Positions 51,100 to 64,000 of a stretch of DNA of 64,000 bases are shown here, in pieces (within the stretch, counting starts at the first letter, position 1; the number at the start of each line of letters is the position of its first letter). The notes below the pieces were generated by a model. The model searched no databases and was not told the origin of the DNA. It saw nothing but the letters and a program-made list of their open reading frames with translations. A program made the translations under genes and the position numbers. The stretch is from Octopus bimaculoides (lineage: Eukaryota): assembly GCF_001194135.2 (NCBI RefSeq), contig NC_068993.1, forward strand, positions 9,143,124-9,207,123. Direction: 5' to 3'.

Positions 51100-51500
51100 C
51101 GAACGTGAGGACGTGCCACAAGCAATGCATGCAAAGGAGGACAGCTGCATCAAGAAATGCCAATCTCTAACTGTGGAGGGAACCTGTGGAAGAGGTAGAT
51201 CCAGGAAGACATGGGACAAGGTGGTGAAGTATGATCTTCGGATGTCGGGTCCCATGGAGGCAATGACAAATGATTGAGACCTTTGGTGGTTTGCTGTACT
51301 CGAGAAGGCTCATCAGGCTAAATGAGACCATAGTCATGGACAGCACCAGTGGCACATAAAAGGCACCCATGGCAGTGACGCATAAAGGGAACCCATTATA
51401 CTCTTGGAGTGGTTGGCATTAGGAAGGGCAGCCAATCACCAGTTCCAGTCAAACTGTCTAACCCATGTCAGCATGGAAAGCAGACACTAAATGATTATAA
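51100..51500 (+). mobile_element. RTE-type LINE 3' fragment (ORF end plus 3' UTR)
   Basis: Peptide KEDSCIKKCQSLTVEGTCGRGRSRKTWDKVVKYDL resembles the RTE C-terminal GxRxRGRPxxxW motif. Followed by the tail ...AACCCATGTCAGCATGGAAAGCAGACACTAAATGAT shared with other copies here. Confidence 0.75.
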
Positions 51501-51582
51501 TGATACCTACACACACACACACTATAATTGACAGCTATACATATATATGTATGTGGGTGTGTGTATTTATGTGTGTGTATAT

Positions 51583-51617
<35 letters not shown>

Positions 51618-52011
51618 CGTGTGTTTTCTACAGCTGCATGCCTTTTATGCAGTTAGTCTTCACGTGTTTCTAGGCTACATAAATAAGCATATACATACAT
51701 ACAAATACATACATGAAAGAACAGCTGGCACACACACACACATGGTCAACTGACACATGTACACACATGCACATACATATGGCCCATTGACACACACACA
51801 CACAGACATGTACATACACACAGATATGCACAATACATGCATAAAAGCGATACAGATATATGTATGCAACTGACACTTTTGCACAATTGAATCATGCACA
51901 CAGATGTGCAATTAGCACATACACATATACACGGCTGACATATACATGCATGTACATATACACACAACTCACACATACATATATACACAACTAACAAATA
52001 CACACGCACAG

Positions 52012-52042
<31 letters not shown>

Positions 52043-52105
52043 CATACAAAGCTGATGTATACGTGTATATACATATATTCATAGTTAAAACATACATGAA
52101 TATAC

Positions 52106-52140
<35 letters not shown>

Positions 52141-52485
52141 CACACACACATATACACAACTGACATACAATACAATCTAGTAACCAAATGAATCAAATTT
52201 CTACTAGTACATTCCACCCCCCTTCTCTCCATCCTACTCCCTATCTTTTTCTTATACACACACAGACACACACACACAGACACTCAACCACGTGTACTCA
52301 TTCTTCTCACACAATCCAGATTTACTTTGTGTGTTAAATTAATATTTTATTGAAAGGAACTTTTATCAGTTGGCATTGCGGAGATTATAGGAAGACTGAG
52401 ATTATAGGAAGACAATAGGTGTTTGTGTAATAAATAGCTTCAGAATTTTAATTGAGAGAGAAAGATCGGATATGTGTGCACATGC

Positions 52486-52529
<44 letters not shown>

Positions 52530-52590
52530 TGGACAAACACATGCACCTATGTGCATGTACAAATGAATATGGAAAGAAAAATGTCTGTGC

Positions 52591-52664
<74 letters not shown>

Positions 52665-52666
52665 CA

Positions 52667-52710
<44 letters not shown>

Positions 52711-54384
52711 CACACACATACATGCATATATCTACATATGCACATATATACACATACACACACATACGGAAAGAAAAATGTCAATATATGTGTGTGCGCA
52801 TACACACATGTGGACATTCTCTTTTCCACATGAGATTTTCTCAAAGGTAATTGTGACTTTCACACCCAATACTTGTTGAGAAAAAAAAAGAAAACATAAC
52901 TTGTTTGCATTTATCAGGACTTTTAATGGAGAGAGAGAGACACACATACATAATAAACACACACACATCAATTCTCTCCATTGACTTTTTATTCTCACAA
53001 TGAATAAAGTGTCCATTGTATGTTGATGATGTTAATTCTAGTCCAAAGAAAGAAAACTAAATACTAAAAAAAAAACCCTACTTTCACTAAATGGCCTTAA
53101 GAAACACTGTTTAGTATCAGCAAACACATTCAATGCTGGTTCTTGTGTTTTATAGGCATTTGTGAAGACCTTTATATGTATTCCAGAATATGTTCATATT
53201 TCAGCTATGCTCTGTGAGAATTAAAGATAATTGTGTTGTTAAAGTGCTGACCTTATCTACTTATTGGCAGGAGATTCATGTTCACCGAGTCTTTCTGGCA
53301 AACTACACTTGTTCTCAACGGCTCACATTCCTTAGCTGTACATAGGCTACCCTCTTCGAAGATACAAGGGCCAGCTCAAAGTTACACTGAAAGCCACTGG
53401 AATTAAGCCAAAATTGTTTGAAACACAAGCCCAAGACCATACCAAGTGTTAGTGTCAGGATGAAAGGCAGCAAAGTTGATCTCAGAACTCGGAGACGGAC
53501 AAAAAGCTGCTAATGATTCTGTCAGCTTGCCGACTTAATAATAATAATAATAATAATATATATGACAAGGTTCTTTCAGTTTCTGTCTGTCAAATCCACT
53601 TACAAGGCCTTTGGTCAGCCTGACGCTAAAGAAAAAGAAACTGGGCAAAAGTGTCATGCAGTGGGAGTGAACATGAAACTATACGGTTGGAAAGCAAGAT
53701 TCTTACCACACAGCCACACCTGCGTCTATAAATACAGAAATAAAATAATCCCATTCCTTGATGCAGATGATGTTGTCTATCAATTAGAACACAAGCAGAA
53801 TTTAATATTAATTTTTGCTTCAGTCTACCTTGGTGGACTGATGCATTGTAGGTGTCAGAAATTTCATGGTTGAATGGATTGTGGAGCANNNNNNNNNNNN
53901 NNNNNNNNNNNNNNNNNNNNNNNNNNNNNNNNNNNNNNNNNNNNNNNNNNNNNNNNNNNNNNNNNNNNNNNNNNNNNNNNNNNNNNNNNNNNNNNNNNNN
54001 NNNNNNNNNNNNNNNNNNNNNNNNNNNNNNNNNNNNNNNNNNNNNNNNNNNNNNNNNNNNNNNNNNNNNNNNNNNNNNNNNNNNNNNNNNNNNNNNNNNN
54101 NNNNNNNNNNNNNNNNNNNNNNNNNNNNNNNNNNNNNNNNNNNNNNNNNNNNNNNNNNNNNNNNGTACTAACAACTCATGAAACCCCTGTGTTAGAATGG
54201 GGGCAGCTGATGAAGGAAAATGTTCTCTATGTGGCCTGTGTGTTTTCTGTACTCTGGTTATTATTATTTTTTTGTCTACGTTTTGTTTGCAATGTCCTGT
54301 ACCCAGATATGCACCTATATATACAGGTAGATGCAGGTATGCACATACTTGTACGTATATATGCATATACTCATTTATTATTTG

Positions 54385-54424
<40 letters not shown>

Positions 54425-54525
54425 TATTTATACATACATATATTTATGTGTGTATACATGTATATTTGCATGTGTGTGTGTAAGTGTATATATATATATA
54501 TGTGTGTGTGTGTGTATGTTTATTC

Positions 54526-54585
<60 letters not shown>

Positions 54586-54590
54586 TTATT

Positions 54591-54631
<41 letters not shown>

Positions 54632-55021
54632 CCCTTTCTTCCGTTATCTTTTTTTGTTTTTGTCGTTGCTTCTTGACATACGGCCTCATTTTAGAAATGT
54701 TTGTGCATATGCACGCACATAGGTGAGTGGGTATCCATCATACATATTTATAATTCATACACACACAGACCACATGCCCTTGACAGGCTGATTACCTAGC
54801 AAGCTTTTGAATATAAACATGTTTTATGGAATACCCTGTGTACGTTGTGAGTGTTATGCATTTAAACAAACACACATCTACATTTTATATGACATTATGG
54901 GAAAACAGATGCTAAAATAATGACGACGATGACAACGATGACATGCTTTTGTATCTATGCATGAATCTACATGTGCTTCCAAGTGCGACTAAGAAAACAG
55001 TACCGAAGCTTAAGAGTATAC

Positions 55022-55061
<40 letters not shown>

Positions 55062-55301
55062 GTCTCTCTCTCTCTCTGTCTTCTTTTAAGAGGTATGACC
55101 TTGCCATGTGCCTGTGGTTAGAAATAGGTCAGAAGAGGCTCAAATCATACCAAATCAGTTCAACCACATATGAAAGCTGATTGACAATGACCAAACATGT
55201 TAAGACCAAAGTTATTTTATTGAAATCTTCCATTATTTCCAAAATAAATTTTGAAATGAAAGTATAATTTCAACAGAAATAAAGTTAACAAAAGGGATTA
55301 A

Positions 55302-55454
55302 CCCTTTAGCAATCAGATTACTCTATCAAATGTAATGTTTGTTTATGTTTAGAATGACATTGTAGGGTAGGTATGAGAGGCCGGATCTGGTTGGTTTGAA
55401 CATAAAAGAGGAAGAATATTTGAGCCACATATGGCTGGTTTAAATGTTAAAAGG
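55302..55454. mobile_element. piggyBac-type MITE
   Basis: TTAA|CCCTTTAGC ... GTTAAAAGG|TTAA. TTAA target duplication with CCC/GGG-type ends. Related copies at about 17567-17927, 28957-29148, 41057-41235, 55490-55800 and 62490-62678. Confidence 0.75.
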
Positions 55455-55920
55455 TTAAAGATAGTGAGTTTCTCGTTAGTAAGAGACAGTATCTGGCCAA
55501 TTTATTCTACCTGTTTTACGTTCAAGCTGGCCAGATCCAGCCCTTCACACCTACCCTACAACGCCATTTTAAAAACAAACAATCATCATCACCGAAATGT
55601 CAAAGCTATAAAATAACGACCGATTATCCCTTTAGCATACAGATTACGCTGTCAAATGTAATCGTTAGTCATTCACATGGTTTCAAATTAACCATGCGTT
55701 ATCTCGTAGCTTTGAGATTTCGAAGATGTGGTTGTTTATTTTTTAGAAGGACATTGCAGGTAAGTGTAAGAGGCCAGATCTTGTTAGTTTGAATTCTAAT
55801 TAATAACAATGTGAATGAATAAGTGATACATTTGATTGAGTAGTCTGAATGCTAATGGGTTAAATATGCAGTCTGATGTCTAAAATAAGCACAAAATAAA
55901 AGATATATACACAAACATAA

Positions 55921-56017
<97 letters not shown>

Positions 56018-56159
56018 CATACAGAGGATCAACACACAATATGATATCACAACACTCTAATGATATTTCACATGAAATCTGAAAATATCTCAAATAAATA
56101 TATAAAACAGTCTTTCCAATGTTGAAAATTGAATCAAATTTGGAATATATGAAATATTT

Positions 56160-56160
<1 letters not shown>

Positions 56161-56225
<65 letters not shown>
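56161..56225. repeat. (GA)n microsatellite
   Basis: Direct inspection. Others at 5110-5155 and, as (CT)n, 55025-55078. Confidence 0.95.
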
Positions 56226-56226
<1 letters not shown>

Positions 56227-56720
56227 TGAGGAGTAGTGAGAGCTGGGGAAGGAGGAGAAGTGTGATATTTAATAACTAAAGAAACATTTTATACAGTGTC
56301 TATACACATGATACACTTTCTTCTACCAATGTATGTTGCTTGTCCTGTATCTGTATGCACACGTCTATTTGTATGTGTATAGACAAACACACACACATAC
56401 ACACACACACACGTAACCACACGTAGATAATCTCAAAAAGTGAAAAGTTAAAAAAGTTTTTGAGTGTGTTTGTATGTGCACACACACATACTATAAAATG
56501 CATATCTTCTATAAAGGAAGTATGCATTGTTAAACACTGTATATATCTCCAAACACACACACACAAACATACATGCATATACACACACACACAAACAAAC
56601 TTGTATATATATACATATATATATATATCAACACTGATGTTAAAATCATGTGATTAGTGGAGACGCGCATAGCAATGTATTAAATATTTATAAATTCCAT
56701 CCTAGAATTATTATTACTAT

Positions 56721-56751
<31 letters not shown>

Positions 56752-58884
56752 NNNNNNNNNNGTATATATGTGTATGTATATATATATACTTTATATACAT
56801 TACGTGTCTTGTTTGTACACATATATTCATGTGTGTGTGTGTGTGTGTGTGTGAGTGAGTATATGAATTTGTGTTCAACCAAAATAAATCTGGAAAAAAA
56901 AAAATGGCGTAGTTTCTTCTTTAAGTTTTCAGAGGTAAAATGGTGAGATGTCTGCATGGAAAGGTAGCACACATTGCCAGGTAGGATAAAGTGATGGTGT
57001 GGGGCAGAGGGGAATCTGGGTGGTCTGTGAGGGGTGGAAGGACCAAAGGATGGAGAATGTGAGGAGAGGGGATCTTGTATCTGCCAACGGTGACAAAGAA
57101 ACCTGCCACCACCCCCAATAAAAAAAACCCCTAATAATCATGATGATGATGAGGAGGAGGAGGATGGTGGTGGTGGTTGTGGTGATAATGATGACAATGG
57201 TAGCGATGATTATGATGAAGATAACGATATGGACTGTAGAAAAAAACAATATTTTCAATAATTGTATTCAATAAAAACACATTTTCAGGAATGCTAAGTT
57301 GCTTGTAAAATTTTAGCTAGGGCATGACGAGAGAGAGTGAGAGAGAGAAAAGGAGAGAGGCAGTGGTGGTGGGCATCAAAGGAATATTGAATTGCTATGA
57401 AAGAGGTTAAGTCAAAAAAAAAAAAAAAAAAGAGGGATCAAATAGAAAATGAGTAATGGTATCAACCTGCCAATTCCCACTTCCATTAGTGGACTAGTGT
57501 TGTATAACTTATTCACTCCAACCCTTTATAAACCTATAGCATTCAGATTTCTTTATCAAATGTAATTCTTTTATTTGTTCAGCCATCTGACGGCGGCCAT
57601 GCTGAATTTAGTTGAAGAACTCAGTCCCAGGACTTATTCTTTGTAAAACTTAGTACTTATTCTATCGGTCTCTTTTGATTAAAGACACTGAAAATATCAA
57701 AAATGAGGCTAACTAATTTATTGTGCTAATGATTTTAAATATGTACAAAAAACATAAGACAAAGACAGGTGAGGGAACAATTAAAAAGGTGTATTAGTTT
57801 GACATTCAAGAATGGAAGAAGTTTTTGACGTTTTGAGCAGATGCTCTTTGGCAGAAAAAAATGAGGAAAGAAAACAGAAAGAAACATGATTGGATTAATA
57901 GTTTCACATGTAAAATTGACACATATATATGTGTGTGTGTGATGAGCTTCTTAGGTTTTCTGTCTATCAAACCTGCATCCACTCAAAAGGCTTTAATTAG
58001 CTCAAGGTTAAGAAAGAAGATACTAACCTGAGGTGCCACATGGTGGGACTGAACACTGAACTATGTGGTTGGGAGGTAAGCTTCTTAACCACATGACCAC
58101 GCCTGTGTCTACTCTTAGTACATAACGAATACTTGTTTATTGAACTTGAAGAGGATAAAAATGAAAGCCAATTCCTATGGGATTTGAACTTAGAGCTCAG
58201 AGGGAAGAAATAATTAAATATTAAATTTAACGAGTTACCCGCCTCAGTCGCCCCCTCCCTTCCTCCAGTCACCATGTTGCTGCTTCTGTCAAACTTGCAC
58301 TGCTGTTGAATTTGGGAAATACTTGTTTGTTTATCAGAAAAACTGAAGGATAAAATTTCAAAAATACAACATATTGGTAAGAAGCACCGCCAGGGCATTG
58401 TATATCTCAGTGTACGGTGACATATGTTATTTAAGAAATGTTGTGATAAAATTCACAGAGCAGCAAGACTTCTCAGAACAGAATACATACATTCACACTG
58501 ACAGGAGTTGGTTACCAAGTGAGTTTGCTTGTTGAATTAACAGAAAAAACTCCAACCAAACCAAGAACCAACTTGGGTAAATAAGTGATGAACACAAGAG
58601 AAAACATTCAGATATGTCGCAAAAAGAGCCCCCCCCCCCCCGAAAATGCTTATAAGAAAAAAGTTGACACTTTTACAAGTAATGAGAAAGCCTTGCAAAC
58701 CAACGATGGAGCCAGGGCAAGGTTGCTCAGCCTGGTAGAAATAGCAACCAAGTTCTCCTCAACCTACACCTTACCATCTTAAAGGAAGGATAATAATTCC
58801 AGGGATACTCTTTTATTCACTTCAGTTATATTGTGGCCATTCTGGGGCAAAACTTTGATGGATTTTAGTCGATCAAGCAAAATC

Positions 58885-59248
58885 GTTATGGCACCTGTGC
58901 CCAGTGTTGCCTTTCTGGCACTTGTGCCCATGGCATGTGTAAGGACTTTCGAGCAAGATTGTTGCCAGTGCCCCTGGACTGGCTCTTGTGCGGGTGGCAC
59001 ATAAAATACACCATTTTGAGCGTGGCCGTTGCCAGTACCGCCCGACTGGCCTTCGTGCCGGTGGCACATAAAAGCACCCACTACACTCTCAGAGTGGTTG
59101 GCGTTAGGAAGGGCATCCAGCTGTAGAAACCCTGCCAAATCAGATTGGAGCCTGGTGTAGCCATCTGGTTTCACCAGTCCTCAGTCAAATCGTCCAACCC
59201 ATGCTAGCATGGAAAGCGGACGTTAAACGATGATGATGATGATGATGA
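58885..59248 (+). mobile_element. RTE-LINE-derived 3' tail element ending in (GAT)n
   Basis: ...GGCGTTAGGAAGGGCATCCAGCTGTAGAAAC...CAACCCATGCTAGCATGGAAAGCGGACGTTAAACGATGATGATG. Near-identical to minus-strand copies at 42453-42657 and 63669-63783. Confidence 0.7.
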
Positions 59249-60254
59249 TATCAAACCTAGCATGTATTTTTCAGTCTGCTACTTATTTTATTGATTCCTG
59301 TGTTGCACTGCTAAGTCATGGGACATAAACACAGTTACACACATATACCATAAAAACTAAAAAATGTTAAACTAATTGGAATAAATATTTCCATGGCAAA
59401 TCATCCAAGTCCTCTGTAACTCTTTTGTTACCATAGTTACAGTAAATCAATTTAGAAAATAATGGAGAATTGAATAAAATAACTTTGTTATTATCAAGAT
59501 GGTGCTTGGAAGATAAATTAATCATAAGCATTTGATGGAAGATTTTAATGCAGATTATTTTCAAGAACCAGGGGCAGTCTTAGGCTGATAGGCGTCAAAA
59601 GGGTTAAATTATATTACCAATATTAAGTTACTATACCAAAATTTGAACTTGGTACAGTAAGCTAATGAATTGCTTGTCGGTTGCGGCTGTTCCCCCACAC
59701 AGCAAGTAAATTAGGCATTATGAAGGTAGAAAAAAAATTCCTCAAAAGACAAGATATAATACAGCAGCAGTCACATGATGCTAATTACTGATCTTTCAGC
59801 TAACAGTCCAACAACCTGCTAATTTTATATGAGATGCCTTTAATTAAAAATAGATTTCTTTTTTACATTATTATTATTTTTTATTTATTTATTTATTTAT
59901 TTTTTTGATGAAGCCTACATTGGCTTACAATATTTTATCAGTAAACTGTTTTAACATTAAATTGGTGAAAGAATTCATAAAATACATGCTATTACTATAA
60001 TATTGGTGGATGGATTATTGGGTTGGAAGAGAAATGGATGAAATACTTTCTGCAATAAGCTAGGTTCTGTTGCGTTTTTGGTGTTCAAATCCTACCATGG
60101 TTTACTTCATCTTTTTACGGATCAATGAAATAAGTGCTAATTAAGTGCTGGTGATGGTGGTTGTCATGTAACCAACTGTTCTCTCTGTTCCCTTATATTT
60201 TTGTGGTCATGTGCAAATGTTAGAAATCAAATTTAAATGAAATGGTTTGTCTAC

Positions 60255-60470
60255 ATTACTCTGTAAGGAGAATAGGGCCAATTTCCAGGTTTCCCTGACA
60301 TGTATATTCCTCCCTGGATGGAATGCTGGTCCACCGCAAGATTACTCATTTTTACCAGCAGAGTGGACTGGAGCAACATGAAATGAAGTGTTTTGCTCAA
60401 AAAAAACAATGCACTGCCCAGTCCTGGAATCAAAACCACAATCTTACAATCATGAGTCCAATACCCAAAC
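60255..60470 (-). mobile_element. SINE with family C-like head and core, diverged
   Basis: GAGTGGACTGGAGCAACATGAAATGAAGTGTTTTGCTCAA. Confidence 0.6.
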
Positions 60471-61007
60471 TGAATGGAACTAAATAAAACCTGTTTGAGT
60501 GAGTTGGCTGTGGACACTTGCCTGCTGCTAAATCTGACATTAATACATTACCATAAGGTTAGGTATGAACACTTGGCATTGTTTTTAGGGTGACTCAGAT
60601 TTGAATGAGGGCAGGTTAAGCAATATCTCAATCCCACATCCTGCCCATGACATGTTACACGATGTAGTGGCCTCGATTCATACTTATGGGGTCATACTGT
60701 ACCACAGGAAGTGCACACGATCAGCCAAACTGGAAAATAGCAACCGCACACTCTCTTTCACATCACAGCTGAGTGATTTAAGATAGGGCGTAGAGCTATA
60801 CAAATTATTTGCTTCAGCAAATTGTTCAAATTTACAGACATACTAAATTTAAAAACAAAAAAGACAAAAATAAAAAAGAAAAAGATTCAACAAGTGCAAA
60901 GATCTTGAATTTAAATCACATACTGACAGGAATTTTTGTCTAATTTAGACATTAATACTTAATTTTACACATTTTTCACATCACATAGAAGCTAATAATT
61001 AAAATAA

Positions 61008-62068
61008 TGCTTTCTACTATAGGCACAAGGCTTGAAATTTGGTGGGAAAGGACTAGTCAATTACATTAACCCCAGTGATTAATTGGTACTTAATTTATCA
61101 ACCCTGAAAGGATGAATGGCAAAGATGACCTCAGTGAAATTTGAACTCACAACATAGCAACGGGAAAAATACCACCAAGCATTTTGTCTAGAGTGCTAAC
61201 GATTCTGCCAGCTCGCTGCCTTAATAATAATGATATTATTATTAGTATTATTATTATTATTATAATTAATGGTTTCAATTTTTGGGACAAGGCTAGTAAT
61301 TTCAGAGGAAGGGGTGATTACATTGCCTCCAGTGATCAATTGGTCTTTATTTTATTGACCCTGAAAGAGTGAAAGACAAAGCAGACCTCAGCGGAATTTG
61401 AACTCAGAATGTAAAGACGGACAAAATGCTGCTAAGTATTTTACCTGACCTGCTAACGACTCTGCCAGTTCACTGCCTTAATAATAATAATAATAGTCAT
61501 TGAAATCATTGTAACATTATTATTTAATATCCACAAGGCGGCGAACTGGCAGAATAGTTAGTGCACTGAACAAAATACTTAGTGGTATTTCACCCGTTGC
61601 TACATTCTGAGTTCAAATTCCGCTGAGGTCGACTTTGCCTTTCATCCTTTTGGGGTCGATAAATTAAGTACCAGTTGAGTACTGGATCGATGTGACCAAC
61701 TGACCTCCTCCCCACAAAATCCAGGCCTTGTGCCTATAGTAGAAAGGATTATTTAATATCTACTTTTTTTCATGATTGCATTAGTTAGATGGAATTTGTA
61801 GTGATCAATTTTCTATGACTGGATGCCCTTCCTGTCACCAATTATCACCTATTTTCAAGCAAAGTAATATTCTCCATGGCTAGTAATTTTGGGAGAGAGG
61901 GTAAGTCGATTACATCAACCCCAGAACTCAACTGGTACTTATTTTGTTGATCCCGACAGATGAAAGGCTAAGTCAATCTCAGCAGAATTTGAACTCAGAA
62001 CATAAAGATGATCAAAATTCCACTAAACATTTTGCCTGGTGTGCTAATGATTCTGCCAGCTCACCACT
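61008..62068. mobile_element. SINE family B cluster: minus 61008-61222, minus 61270-61480, plus 61535-61750, minus 61885-62068
   Basis: Four copies of the family B body. Confidence 0.82.
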
Positions 62069-62883
62069 TTGAGAAGCAATAATACGACAAAGTGTTTCAT
62101 GAAGTTGTGTGTTCACATGGAAATAAAATTTTCAAAACAAAATAAAGGTTGCATGCCATGATGAGAAGTGAGTCAGGGCAAGTAAGGGGATTTACTTAGA
62201 ACAATGACCTTCTTACCAGTTCACCACATCCTCACCTACTGTTTCTCATGTTCAACTCCATTCACAGCCCTTCATCACAAGCCTCATATTTTCAAAGAGC
62301 CCAGCAGGAAACCTCAAAACCTAATTATTCTTTCAGTACACAAACTTATCTCATATTACAAATTTTATTCACTGTTATATTATTTTCATTTGCAAATGCA
62401 AAGCAGTTTAGACTACCTTCTTTGTTTCTAGATCTTTTTTTCCCTTCTTGCTATACAAACTCTCATCTTGGAGTGCTTGCAAGCGGAGCAAGGGCTTACT
62501 CTGTCAAATGTAATGTTTATTTATTCACAATGTTTCAAATCAACCAAGCATTATTTCATAGGTTTGAGATTTCAATGATGTGATTGTTTATTTTTTGGAT
62601 AGGTGTGAAAGACTCGAACGTAAAGCAGGTGGAATATTTGGGCTGGATATGGTCAACTTAAATGCCAAAGGGCTAAAACAATGGTTTTTATCAAATATAA
62701 AAAAATTAGATTTTAAAAAAAATTGTTTTATAAATTTCTTTATGCAATCTGAAGATTGCCAAACGGCACAAATCTCTGAGTAATGTGAACAACAAGCAAG
62801 TTTAATAAATATGTAAAATAAAAAAAATATAAATCCTGCAAAATTTATCTTCCCCTCAATTTCGTGTGTGGCCCGAAAGTTAA

Positions 62884-63104
62884 CCCTTTAGTTACCGTAT
62901 TTCTCTTGAAATAAACTTCCTTTCTTCCACTTAATTTTGAAAATAATGAAGAATTTTCTCAAATAACTTAGCCAGTGTTAAGCTAGTGCTTGGAACAAAA
63001 ATGAACTTGAAGTTCTAATAGAAGATTAAATCTAGGTCATTCTACAAAAGGAAGCTTGTGTCATAGGACCAGGGGTGGTCTCAGACGGATTGGAATCAAA
63101 AAGG
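62884..63104. mobile_element. Second piggyBac-type MITE family
   Basis: TTAA|CCCTTTAGTTACC ... ATCAAAAAGG|TTAA. Related right ends at about 29275 and 59600. Confidence 0.6.
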
Positions 63105-63668
63105 TTAAACTACACTGTTTGTTTCAAACAATTTTGCAAATAACAAAGAATTTTGTAAAGGAATTCTTGCCATGACGGTTGGAAATTAAATTGACATAAA
63201 ATTCTGATGGAAGGTTTTAAATTCAGACCACTTTGAAACAGGAAGTTTGAATCAGAGAACTTGGGGTAGTCTCTGGTGGGTTATCATGGTGCTGAAGTAA
63301 GCACTATATTGGATAACAAACTAGCAAGAGGTTTAACAAGTTTATATGTGTGTGTGTGTGTGTGTGTGTGACATAATGGACCAGAGTGCTGGGCTCTTAT
63401 CTGGGTCATGAGTGCAATTCCTGAATTAGGCAGTGCACTGTATTCTTGGGCAAGGCCCTTCATTTCACACTGCTCCAGTCTACTCAGCTGAAAATGAGTA
63501 CCAGCTGGGTGCTGGTGCAGTTCTTTCTCCTTCGAGTTGTGACATACACGATGCTCTTCTGGGTTAAGACAGGGGTAGGGCGGAGAGGGTGTTTATGTCT
63601 GCCCGTGGCCACAGAGGCATCTAAAGCAATCAGCAAAATCATGGTACATGCTAAAAGCTCATATGGCA

Positions 63669-63783
63669 TTATATCATCATCATCGTTTAACGTCCGCTTT
63701 CCATGCTAGCATGGGTTGGACGATTTGACTGAGGACTGGTGAAACCGGATGGCAACACCAGGCTCCAATCTAATTTGGCAGAG
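63669..63783 (-). mobile_element. RTE-type 3' tail copy, 5'-truncated
   Basis: Same tail sequence as 42453-42600. Confidence 0.7.
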
Positions 63784-64000
63784 TACGCACACACACGTGC
63801 ACATGCATACATAATATGTGTGTGTGTGTAGTTCAACAGCCCCACCTACACAGCGGATAGCAAATTCTAAAATATCAGTTTGAAAACCGTTTTTAAGTGA
63901 GAAACTAACAACAGTCATGATTTATAAACATTCAATTATTAACATGGAAAAATGATCAGAAATGCCATTTCTATTCCTTTCTGTCAAATATGTATGTATG

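Noticed and set aside
54170-54225. GAAAC...CTGATGA as a type II hammerhead
   Set aside because: No NUH triplet, no stem I between the halves and no stem II closure.
58239-58342. Candidate upstream Gemin5 exon (AG...GT, open frame FSDKQTSISQIQQQCKFDRSSNMVTGGREGATEA, ends in phase 1)
   Set aside because: No resemblance to the expected HLGLFxDRxxxxRMxxxE segment. The true upstream exon is probably in a gap or beyond the window.

Overview
Eukaryotic, AT-rich, repeat-dense genomic DNA with many N-gaps. The SINE, RTE-tail and microsatellite content looks like an Octopus (coleoid cephalopod) draft assembly; that assignment is inferred from repeat character, not proven. The only protein-coding gene I can support is an internal part of GEMIN5 on the minus strand. 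It has six exons (48221-48084, 22089-21942, 14965-14846, 12216-into the gap at 12166, 2618-2468, 104-<1), canonical AG/GT sites wherever the junction is visible, and compatible phases. They splice to ...WKGNITTALTWAKEREELSDWLVAMAPLASHGTW...YEAIDLFKRHRLFKEAVTFAKVRLSPVDP...AAKCYLA..., which matches the Gemin5 TPR-like dimerisation region. None of the long ORFs in the supplied track are real genes; they are microsatellite or N-gap read-throughs. The rest is intron filled with at least three tRNA-derived SINE families, RTE-LINE 3' tails, TTAA-flanked piggyBac-type MITEs, a Tc1 transposase remnant, hairpins and microsatellites. The most notable non-coding item is an intact-core type I hammerhead ribozyme motif at about 48705-48812 on the plus strand, antisense to the Gemin5 pre-mRNA. 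No CRISPR array, rRNA or prokaryotic system is present. Repeat boundaries are approximate.
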